A stretch of 64,000 nt of DNA from Mobula hypostoma (Eukaryota). This document shows positions 12,366 through 21,990 of this stretch, piece after piece (the first letter of the stretch is position 1; each line of letters begins with the position of its first letter). Location: contig NC_086097.1 of the NCBI RefSeq assembly GCF_963921235.1, positions 245,026,001-245,090,000 on the forward strand. The letters run 5' to 3'. The translations under genes and the position numbers were made by a program. A model generated the notes under the pieces. That model saw only the letters and a program-made list of their open reading frames with translations. It was not told where the DNA came from and ran no database searches.

Positions 12366-13315
12366 GATCTGTTTGATTTGTGGACCGACAAAGATGCCTT
12401 CCTCAACCTTGGCATCAGTTATTCTGACTTGAATTAAGAATTGAAATAACAAATGTAGGTGATTTCAAAAAAATGGTACTTGATAGGGAAATTTCATGGT
12501 GATTTTCATGACCAGTAGCCCAAAATTCATAAGATACACACAATAGTATTCAGGAAACAAAATCTTTTGTTGTCCAGTGATATTGAAAGCCCAAGATATA
12601 GAGTGTGTGGAGAGGATGCTTTCTACAGTGGAAGAGCCTAGGACACAGCCTCAGAATACAAGGATGTCCCTTTATAGTAGAAATAAGGAGGAATTTCTAT
12701 AGCCAGAGGGTGGTGAACCTGTGGAATTCATTGCCACAGATGGCTGTGGAGACCAAGTCATTGGAATATTCGAAGTGGAGGTTGATAGGTTCTTGATTAG
12801 TAAGGGTGTCCAAGGTTAAGGGGAGAAGGTAGGTGAGGGATAATAGATCAGCCATGAAAGAGTGGCAGAACACATTTGATAGGCTGAATGATCTAATTCT
12901 ACTCCTGGGTCTTATGGTCTTATCTCCCAGTGGCTGCCCATTTGAATTCAACTTCCCCTTCCCATTCTGACATGTCTGTCCATGGCACCTTCTAATGCCA
13001 TTTAGAGGCAAAAATTAGGTTAGAGGAGCAACACTTCATATTCTGTCTGGCCAGCCTCCTACCTGATGGCATGAACATCTATTTCTCCACCTCCTGGTAA
13101 TCTGTCCTCCCCCCCTCTCTTTTTCTATTCCCCATTCTGGTTCTCCTCTAACCATTTCTCTTTTCCTCACCTGCACATCACCTCCTTCTGATTCCCCTCC
13201 TCCCCTCCCCGCCCCCCCCCCCATGGTTCACTGTTTTTCTCCTATCTTTCTTCTTCAACATTTCACCTCCTTAAACTATCCCCTCCAGCTTCTACCTTCA
13301 TCCCCTCTCCCCTAC

Positions 13316-14230
13316 CACCTGCTGGGTGGCAGTGTGAAATGTGAGGAGGATGTTATGAGAATGCAGGGTGACTTGGACAGGTTGGGTGAATGGGCAGGTG
13401 CATGGCGGATGCAGTTTAATGTGGATAAATGTGAGGTTATCCACCTTGGTAGGAAGAACAAGAAGGCAGATTACTATCTGAATGGTGTCAAGTTAGAAAA
13501 AGGGGAAGTACAACGAGATTTAGGTGTCTTTGTTCTTCAGTCACTGAAAGTAAGCATGCAGGTACAGCAGGCAGTGAAGAAAGCTAATGGCATGCTGGCC
13601 TTCATAATAAGGGGAGTTGAGTATAGGAGCAAAGAGGTCCTTCTGCAGTTGTACAGGGCCCTGGTGAGACCACACCTGGAATATTGTGCACAGTTTTGGT
13701 CTCCAAATTTGAGGAAGGACATTCTTGCTATTGAGGGAGTGCAGCATAGGTTCACGAGGTTAATTCCCGGGATGGAGGGACTGTCATATGTTGAAAGATT
13801 GGAGCGACTGGGCTTGTATACACTGGAATTTAGAAGGATGAGAGGGGATCTGATTGAAACATATAAGATTATTAAGGGATTGGACACGCTAGAGGCAGGA
13901 AACATGTTCCCGATGTTGGGGGAGTCCAGAACCAGAGGCCACAGTTTAAGAATAAGGGGTAGACAATTTAGAACGGAGTTGAGGAAAAACTTTTTCACAC
14001 AGAGGGTTGTGGTTCTGTGGAATGCTCTGCCTCAGAAGGCAGTGGAGGTCAATTCTCTGGATTCTTTCAAGAAAGAGTTAGATAGAGCTCTTAAAGATAG
14101 CGGAGTGAAGGGATATGGGGATAAGGCAGGAACAGGATACTGATTGTGGATGATCAGCCATGATCACAGTGAATGGTGGTGCTGGCTCAAAGGGCTGAAT
14201 GGCCTACTCCTGCACCTATTGTCTATTGTC
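13316..14230 (+). mobile_element. CR1 LINE, 5'-truncated, inserted in a Penelope remnant (12921-13315 and 14231-14430)
   Basis: MQFNVDKCEVIH...LYRALVRPHLEYC...FTQRVVVLWNALP with an (ATTGTCT)n tail; both flanks are Penelope pLTR-like. Confidence 0.92.
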
Positions 14231-14499
14231 TCACCTATCACCTGCTAGTTTGTATTCCTTTTCCCCCACTCCCACCTTCTTATTCTGGCTTCTTTTCCAG
14301 TCCTGATGAAGGGTCTCAGCCTCAAGCACCGAATCTTTATTACTGTCCATAGATGCTGCCTGACCAGCTGAGTTCCTCCATTATTTTGTGTGTTTTGCTC
14401 ATGATTTCAGCATTTGTAGAAACTCTTGTGTTATTATTCACTTGTTTTTCCTCTTGGATTACCTTAATGCACTGTGTAAGATTTGATTTGTTCTTCGAG

Positions 14500-15440
14500 T
14501 AATGTTGAATGGTGGTTGGCAGACCAACATTAGGTTCATTACCACCACCTACTGAGCATCATTCAAACACACCAAATGCTTGTCTTCCAGAAAACCTTCC
14601 AACACCATCCTTTTCACATTTGTATCACAACCCCACATAATACAATTAAGCATGAAAACTCCCTCACCACTAGTTAACAAACTTTTAGCATTCCATCATA
14701 AAAAAAGAAAAAAGTAAAATGAGAAAAAAAACACTAAAAACACTTCTTTGAAGTCTGAATAATCATTAATGACTTCTTGATTTGTCTTTTATCTCTAGAA
14801 GTTCTCTCCTGCAGCTTTTAAAATCATTTTTTGTCCTACCTTTTTAGCTTGTGCTGTGCACTTTACCACATCTGCTATGAAAGTAACAGTTTTTAGTTTA
14901 TCAACAATCAACAAATCCCTTGTTATAAAATCATGCACTGTCTTTAATCTCTCTGAATTCTTGATATTAATAGGTCCTATTGATATTCTTTTCTGTACTT
15001 TTTGAAGAGCTTCTGCATAAGAAATGCCCATTTCCACCCGAACACACTGCAGTTCCACAGCTTTCTTATGTACAGGACACCCTGCATAAGCAGAGCTATG
15101 TTCCCCTCTACAGTTGCCACATTTTGGCTAAATGCCTTCTCCACAATTGCCATAATCATGTTCCCCACTACATCTAGCACACCATGTTTTACCTCTACAC
15201 GCAGCTCTACGTGACCAAATGTCCGACACTGAAAGGATCTCACGGGGGCGGCATAAAGACTCAGACCATATAACTCACATAGTCTAACTCAACTCTATCT
15301 GACAATATTTTCCCTAGCAAATCTGATCAATACCGATGAGCTATCAGTTCTTACTACACCATGAAACCCTTTTAAACATGTGTTGTCTAACACTTCCCCC
15401 CAACTAAGTAATTTTTAAACATGGTCCATGCATAATCTGT
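14500..15440 (-). mobile_element. Nimb/I-clade-like LINE remnant (ORF1 zinc knuckles plus 3' end, ORF2 largely deleted)
   Basis: Frameshifted FQCRTFGHV...CARCSGEH...CGNCRGEHSSAYAGCPV...ISYAEALQKV; 3'-end-like CAGTAGGTGGTGGTAATGAACC near 14535-14555. Confidence 0.6.
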
Positions 15441-16007
15441 AGACTATTAGAACATTAGAAACTGTTTGACAAGACCAGGCCATTTTACCTAACAAAGCTT
15501 GCCAAATTCCTATTTACACGGTGTGTTGAAATAACTATTGAGTTTAGATTTGAAAGTCTCTAAGGGACTACTCTCAACTACAGAACTTGGTAGTTTATTC
15601 CATGTGTCCACAACTCGCTGTGTAAAGAAATGCTACCTGATGTTAGTCTGAAATCTACCCTTAACCAGTCTCCACCTATGGGCCTGTGTCCTCATTGATG
15701 GATTAATTTTGAAGTAACAGCTGGCATCCACCTCCCTTAGCGATTTTGAACACTTCTATCATGTCTCCTCTCATTCTATGTCTACTGACGCTAAAATGAT
15801 TTAATTCTTTCAATCTTTCTTCATAGCTCATACATTGCAGACTGGAATTCTCTCCAGTGCCTTCACATCCCTCACAAGTATGGAGACCAAAATTGTACAC
15901 AGTACTCAAAGAGTGGCCTCAGAAATGCATTATACACTTTAAGGAGAACATCTCTAGACATGAACTCCACAAAGTGCATTATACAGCCCCACATTCCATT
16001 AGCCTTT

Positions 16008-16195
16008 TGTTGTGTATGTGGCCTGGTTACACAGCAATGCTATTAGTAAAAAAACACTGGAGACGGGAGCTAAGTTTCATGGTTCTTTACTGGCATAATC
16101 CAAACTCGGTACACATGTACAGATCAATATGCGCCTAACGATGTGTTACTAAAACATAAAGTAGTCCCTTATTATAATGTAGGCTATACAGTGCA
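16008..16195 (-). repeat. 3' LTR (188 bp)
   Basis: Direct repeat of 19760-19959. Manual alignment gives about 16 substitutions and one 12-bp indel. Confidence 0.93.
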
Positions 16196-16209
16196 CTCCT
16201 CCCCTTTTA
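16196..16209 (-). other. Polypurine tract
   Basis: Minus strand AAAAGGGGGAGGAG immediately before the TG of the 3' LTR. Confidence 0.85.
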
Positions 16210-16518
16210 TTTTAATAGTGTATCAACTGTTTTTTTACTGGGGCACTATGCTAAACAAATATGCTTACCCTTAACATACAAACGACTACCATTTGTTTAC
16301 TTAGTAACTTAATATCAAATTATAACAAGCCTTTTTTTTACTTTTGGTCTAAGACCCATTTATAACTCAAGTCTCTTGGGGGTCTTCTCTGCCTGTCCGG
16401 GTAATGTCTGTCAATAAACTTGTTTGTTTTAATACATATTTCCACATAAAAGTCATGAACAGTTGACCTCTGAGCATAGGGAGTTAAGAAGATGTGCACC
16501 TCCAACTTGCTAAGAATT

Positions 16519-17448
16519 CTAGGCAGCAGATCACCTCTGTATAATGAAGACTCCTCTGTGCAGCTGTCCTAGATATATACGCATCTTTGTGCTATCACTT
16601 GTCTTCCTTACCCATATCTCATTTGTTCCAACTGAGCTAATTACACAGCCAATCTTCGTATTCTCCTCAGATTCCAAATAGATAGCCTGACCTTTATGAT
16701 ACCATCTCTTATCATGATATAACTTCCCTTCTTCTATTCGTGCTTCAGATCTTTGTGCAGTTGATTCAGCAGGAGTGCTGGGAAGATGCTCAGGAGAAGA
16801 TGGAGATGCTGGTCTTTTCGGAGATTTAAGCTTATTGAGAGTTTGCGGTTCTTCCATTATCTGTTCATCTGTTAACAAGCAATTTTACTTTGCAGGTTTT
16901 CATCTTTTGTCTGTAATTGGAACAGGGTCATTAGGTCTCCTCCTTAGTTTCCTAGTCATTATTGGCTTTACCTCCGTAGAATCTCCTGTGAGTTCCATTG
17001 TTAGCCTCTCATTCTCAATCATCTTTTTCTTTTCTTATAACTCAATCTTTTTATCTTCAAGTTCCTTCACTGCTGCTTTCTTATCTTGAATATAATTCCT
17101 TTCCACTTGTTCTGTCTCCAGTTGCAGAAAAAGCACTGCATTTCGTATTCTTTCCTAGTAATGTTGATCTAGTTTCTTCATCCTTTTCTGCTACTCCTGC
17201 AAAGTGCCTTCCTGTGACTGCTGTAGCTGTCTTTTGAGAGATGTCAATTTCTCCTGGTACATCTGCTCTTTTACTTCCAGGTAGTCTTCATCATTCTGCT
17301 TATTGGCAATATCTGTCTCCCTTGCGTCCTCTGTATCTTCATTCGATTTGCGGCCACGGATACTGTGTTTGTCCTCATCGTCATCGCTGTCTAGCTTCTC
17401 CTTGTCGTTGTAATAGTTGACAATGGGTGAGAGGAGAGCTGCGGACAT
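16519..17448 (-). pseudogene. SUDS3: Processed (intronless) copy of SUDS3/SDS3, Sin3-HDAC corepressor subunit
   Basis: MSAALLSP...[10 protein letters not shown]...[18 protein letters not shown]...[13 protein letters not shown]...[20 protein letters not shown]...[20 protein letters not shown]...SAA-stop is colinear with vertebrate SDS3 as I recall it. One reading frame, no introns, about 6 premature stops and two small in-frame deletions. Confidence 0.95.
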
Positions 17449-17469
17449 TTTCTCCGCCGAGCTGCTCTC

Positions 17470-17830
17470 CTTTGTTGACACATCTAGTGCCTTGATAGTG
17501 TGCCAATCCAACTGGATTTTCCTGAGCCATTCCCGTCCCAGCAATGGTGGTCCTCCATTTTTCAGTACATAGAGATTCAGCTGCTGTGTTTTGTCTCTGC
17601 AGGTCACTGTCACTTTAATTTTACCTTTGGGACACATTTTCTGTCCTGTGTAAGTCTTTAGCAGTAGTATAGTTCGTTTCAGAGGTAGGTGAGAAAACAG
17701 TCGTTTATAGTCATGTACAGAGATCACTGTTAAAGCTGAGGCTGTGTCCAACTCCATTTTCAGTCTCATGCCTGCCACTTGTGGAGTGATCCATATTACT
17801 CTTCGATCATCTGTCTCTTTCACGCTGTGA
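17470..17830 (-). pseudogene. Gypsy aspartic protease, in frame with the SUDS3 copy
   Basis: [15 protein letters not shown]...LKTYTG...[17 protein letters not shown] in ORF 17191-17892. Confidence 0.9.
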
Positions 17831-17899
17831 AGTTGCAGACAAGACAATTCACTTTCGTCTGAGTCATTTTCATCAGAATTGCTTTCTTCCATTTTGTGT

Positions 17900-19388
17900 A
17901 CATTGTTGTGTTTTCCTCTCTGGGGTTTCTTGTTTCTCTGTATTTTGTTTTTTGTTTCTCTGTATTTTTCTGCTGTTTACTAGCTTTGCATACTCTGCCA
18001 GTGTGGCCCTGTTTGCCACAGTTTCTGCATTCTTTGTCTTTAAACCAACAGTCATCAGGGTCATATGACATGTTCCCACAATGGTAACATTTCTTTCCTT
18101 CATTTTTATTCAGTGACATTTTATTCGTAGCATATTCCAGAGATTTTTAGTGTATCTCTGAAGCACCCGTGCTGCTGTTTCCATTGATATTGCAATGTTC
18201 AGTGCCTTCTTGAATGTAATATCTTTTTCACCCAGGAACAACTTCTGTGTGGTTTCACAGTGCATGCCACACACTAACCTGTCCCTCAATGCATCCGATA
18301 GACCAGCTCCAAATTGACAACGTTCTGATCATTTGCGCAATTCGGCACAATATCCAGAAATGCTTTCATTTTTGCTCTGATTCTGATTGTGAAATTTAAA
18401 TCTTTCAGCAATGACCAGTGGTTTGGGGTTTAAATGCTGTTGGAGAGTGTCTACTATTTGCCTGAATGTTTTGTCAGCTGGCTTTTCAGGGGTTAACAAA
18501 CTCCGTAGCAGCCCATTTGTTTTTGCTACCATAATACTGAGGCTACGTCCACACGGGACTGGATAAATCCGTAACCGAAGCTTTTTCTCTTCGTTTTGAC
18601 CCTCCGTCCACACTGAAATGGCATTTTTCTCCCCCGAAAACGGAGCTTTTCTAAAACGCTCTGCAGAGTGTGTAAATCTGAAAACGCCGGTTGGGCGGTG
18701 TAGTGTGTACGGGGTAACCGGAGTTTTTTAAAAACGTGCCGGAACAGATGGTGGCGACAGCGCGGCATTCCATCGTTTTCTTGAACGTACATAGCGTTCT
18801 TTATAGCAGTCGAGGATGTCGTTGTATTTGGTTTGGCACAACTCCCAGTCCACGTTCTCCACTGCTTTGCTGACTTTGTAGTCGTTTGTAACTTGCAGAA
18901 GCAGCTTGACTTCATCGTCTGTCCAAACGAAGAAGTCCGGTCTGCTTTTTCCAGCGGAGATTTTCTTTGTATTCCTCGAAGACGTTGCTGAAAACTTTCT
19001 TTCGCTGTTGTTGGAGGTAGTGTAGTTTTTGACTAATGGAAATAGCGGAACACCACCACGGAAATGGAAATAGTATACCGTTTCCTCTTCGCTTGTTTTC
19101 TGTAGATGTGTACTGTGCATGCCCAGTAGGGGGAGATTTGCCCAAATACCCGTTTTAATGTGGACAGAGGTATTTTCAAAAACACCTGGTGTGGATGCCT
19201 ATCATTTTTACATGAAACCGGTGTTTTCAAAATTATCTGGTCTAGTGTGGTCGTAGCCTGAGTAAGACACTGGCTTTCTTTTCATCCTTAACACCATTAA
19301 CCTCACAATGTAACTCCACTCTTTCAATGTAAGTTGCCCAGTCTTCAATGCCACTATCAATTGCCGTAATGGTTCCAATCATCGCCAT
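17900..19388 (-). pseudogene. gag: Gypsy gag, interrupted by a Harbinger element, with stops and frameshifts
   Basis: EDWATYIERVE...VLL|SIM...LNPKPLVIAERFKFH...ESISGYCAELR...LRDRLVCG; zinc knuckles CYHCG...C and CRNCGKQGHTGRVC. Confidence 0.9.
18541..19258 (-). mobile_element. Non-autonomous PIF/Harbinger DNA transposon with a Myb/SANT-like ORF fragment
   Basis: Imperfect ~26-bp TIRs GGCTACGTCCACACGGGACTGGATAA / TTATCTGGTCTAGTGTGGTCGTAGCC; 3-bp TSD TGA at 18538-18540 and 19259-19261; FVWTDDEVKLLL...VDWELCQTKY. Confidence 0.85.
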
Positions 19389-19743
19389 CTTTGTTATGTT
19401 AATTAAGCCCTGTTCTCCCCTTATTTTCCTTTTTGACTCGCGTGTCCTTTTTGCTAGCGCCATGAGCGCACTCCATCTAGATGTGTGTGTGTTGCTCCTT
19501 TTTATCTCCCTTCTGGGGCAGGCAGACCCTTAGTCCCCAGGGGTCAGTGTCAGCTGTGGTCTCACCTGGACGTGCTGCAGCTCCAACTGTGTCTCTTGGT
19601 CTCCTCACATCTTGACCCCGGCTGTGCTTCCGTTTCCTTTCAGACTCGTGGCCTCGCACTGCCTCCTTCTCCCGCTCCTTGTGCTCTGTTCCGAGTGTCG
19701 TTATCAATTAAAACACGGCGTTCCGATACGACGTAGATCCATT

Positions 19744-19756
19744 AACCCCATCACCA
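19744..19756 (-). other. Primer binding site-like sequence
   Basis: TGGTGATGGGGTT begins 3 nt downstream of the 5' LTR on the minus strand. Cognate tRNA not assigned. Confidence 0.6.
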
Positions 19757-19759
19757 ATT

Positions 19760-19959
19760 TGTTGTGTATGTGGCCTGGTTACACAACAATGCTATTAATA
19801 AAAAAACGCTGGAGACGGGAGCTAAGTTTCATGGTTCTTTACTGGCATAATCTGGACTCGGCACACACATACAGATCAATACGCACCTAATAGTGCATGC
19901 AGCGACGTGTTACTAAAACATAAAGTAGTCCCTTATTATAATGTACACTATACAGGACA
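19760..19959 (-). repeat. 5' LTR (200 bp)
   Basis: Direct repeat of 16008-16195 with TG...CA termini. Confidence 0.93.
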
Positions 19960-20541
19960 CCTTCCTAATCGTTTCTGTGCATTGTCTAGACATTGATGGT
20001 GATGAGTCTACCAGGACGCCCAAATCCTTCTCATACTTCTCGCACTTTCAACTCAAGAACCCCCAATGTATATTTATATCTAATAGTTCTACTACCTGTG
20101 TGTAATATTTTACATTTTCTAAGAGGCATTCTTGCAATTCCCCAAAGCCTCATCGTTCAATATAATTCCTTGGGGTTACTTTCCTTCCTCCCTCAACTTC
20201 AAACCCCAAAGCTTTCTCACGTTGCTTACTGCCTTTACAATACCAAGAGCACCCAATTTCCTAAAGGTCTTGTGCCCACAATATCTCCTAACGCCTTTTT
20301 CCCAAATCATGAGCTAATCTAATTGGATTGATATCAGAAACAGGTTCACGCTCAAAACTTAGCAAACCCTTCAACTCTTTCATCTTATATTTACATCCTA
20401 TCCACTACCTTCATCACTAGGCAATAAACTACTACGATCCTCAATTCGCATAGTGATGAATTTTTTTCTGTTTCCCTTCCTCCTTATCAGCCAACACCAT
20501 CTCCTGTTCACAACTTGCGTCTTCCTCATCACTTCTCAACA

Positions 20542-21083
20542 TAGACATCCCACCTCTCCCGGAAGATCCGGGAGTCTCCCGCACATTGATAGCGGCTCCC
20601 TGACGCCCGGAAATTATGTACAATATCCTGAAATCAATTTTTTTGAGAGCGAGAGGGAGCATCTTGATTGAACAGTGTATTTTCTATTGGCCGTGGTGGG
20701 TTAAAATGTAAAAGACACGTTGAGGTGAGTTTAATAGGTGTCATTCATTCATTTTTTAAAAATTTCATTCATTAGCATAGCTAACGTTATTTAAACTAGC
20801 TGGCTAGCTGCGAAGGAGCTACTCTATTGATGTCCTATGTGATGAGGCCAAACTCCCTGTAGAGTTGCTTGAAGTTGTAATAGAATAAACATGATAATAT
20901 AATATAAGTACATATTTTAATGTCACATATTCTGCATGTACCGAACTTGGTTTACAGATTAGACAAAATCACCAAACAAAGTATTACACATCAAAGTTGC
21001 TGGTGATTACATTGGAGGTCGATGGGGGGGTGATATGGTGGTGCTACCTCCCTGAAATGAGTTTTTGCAGGGTGGGATGTCTG
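20542..21083. mobile_element. Non-autonomous DNA transposon (superfamily unassigned) just upstream of the UBP1 promoter
   Basis: Terminal inverted repeats (T)AGACATCCCACC / GGTGGGATGTCTG; flanks TCAACA / CCAACA are a possible TSD. Confidence 0.6.
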
Positions 21084-21159
21084 CCAACATCTCTACCAGT
21101 TTTCCTTCTCTCCATCTGATTTATATGAACAGTATGCAAGATGTTTTCATATGTGACAA

Positions 21160-21990
21160 TAATGACCAATTGACCAATCACTGTGCAACGCAACAGTCTA
21201 GGGAGCCGTTGATTGGTTAGATGGTGGTAGCATCATAGTGCTGGGCGGATAGCTGGTTTTGTGTCATGCGCAGTTATAACAAGAGCGGGAGACGCAGCGT
21301 GCACGGTGACGTAAGCCAATTGGCAGTGAAAGAAGGTCGCGTGCTGGTGACGCAACCATGCGGCTGAGAGAACCTCACGCGCGGCGACGCAGCCTTGGTC
21401 AGGAGAGGGGCCGAGTGGCCGCCGACGCAGCGTGCGAGGTGACGCAGGAGCGGCCGTCGGCTGGGAGAGGGCCGAGCGGCCTGCCGCCATGTTTGTGCCC
21501 GAGTCGGTGAGAGCGCCGAGGGGTGGAGGAGGTGGCGGCGGCGTTGACGGCGCCAGCCCGGGCTGTGCGTGAGCGAGCAGTTCTACTCCGGCAGGGAATC
21601 GCAAGGCGTCACGCTTCCCCCCTCCGCACCGCCCACCAAGGAGTCGTGACTGGGTGTGTGAGGAGCCGCTATGGTGGCCTGAGCCGAGCCGGGGAAGCAG
21701 GCGAGCGAGTGCGAAGGCAGGCCCGCTTTTCCAGTGAAGGGCCGGGAGCCGGGGATCGGGGGGGTCAGGCAGCGTCTCCTGCCGACACCCGCTTCCCCCT
21801 TCCACTAGCGACGGGTTCGGCTGCCCTCACTCACCATGGCCTGGGTGCTGAAGATGGACGAAGCCATCGAGTCCGGCCTTGTGCACGATTTCGACTCCAG
21901 CTTGTCGGGGATCGGCCAGGAGCTCGGCTCCGGGGCTTACAGCATGAGGTGAGCGGAGTGGAGCCCGTTGCCTGAGCTCTTTGTTCCGCA
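21160..21990 (+). promoter_or_regulatory. UBP1: CpG-island promoter and 5' UTR of UBP1
   Basis: The only extended CpG-dense region in the window. CCAAT boxes at ~21166, 21174, 21212 (ATTGG) and 21316; CRE/ATF-like TGACGTAA at 21307 and TGACGCAA at 21348; YY1-like CCGCCATGTT at 21484-21493. Confidence 0.85.
21836..21948 (+). CDS. UBP1: Upstream-binding protein 1 (LBP-1a), coding exon 1
   Basis: Kozak [45 protein letters not shown](S), whose MAWVLKMDE start distinguishes UBP1 from TFCP2; donor AG|GTGAGC; 113 nt, phase 2. Confidence 0.96.

Larger units (their letters stand above)
16008..19959 (-). mobile_element. Non-autonomous Gypsy (Mag-like) LTR retrotransposon carrying a captured SUDS3 cDNA in place of RT/RNaseH/IN
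   Basis: TG...CA direct repeats at 16008-16195 and 19760-19959; 5-bp TSD CCTTT/CCTTC; PPT; PBS-like TGGTGATGGGG; gag with two zinc knuckles; aspartic protease; pol C-terminus-like RHYPDRQRRPP near 16375-16410. Confidence 0.93.
15447..20110 (-). mobile_element. CR1-type LINE 3' fragment split in two (15447-16007 and 19960-20110) by the Gypsy insertion
   Basis: YEERLKELN...MRGDMIEVFKI. Joining across the LTR element restores ATTAGGAAGGCTAATGGAATG (IRKANGM). Confidence 0.8.

Noticed and set aside
16519..17448. SUDS3 as a functional resident gene
   Set aside because: No introns, about six in-frame stops, and it is enclosed by LTRs. It is a transduced pseudogene.
21233..21975. Long ORFs 21233-21805 (-) and 21523-21975 (+)
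   Set aside because: Expected by-products of a GC-rich CpG island. The real exon 1 frame starts at 21836 and is not in the ORF track.
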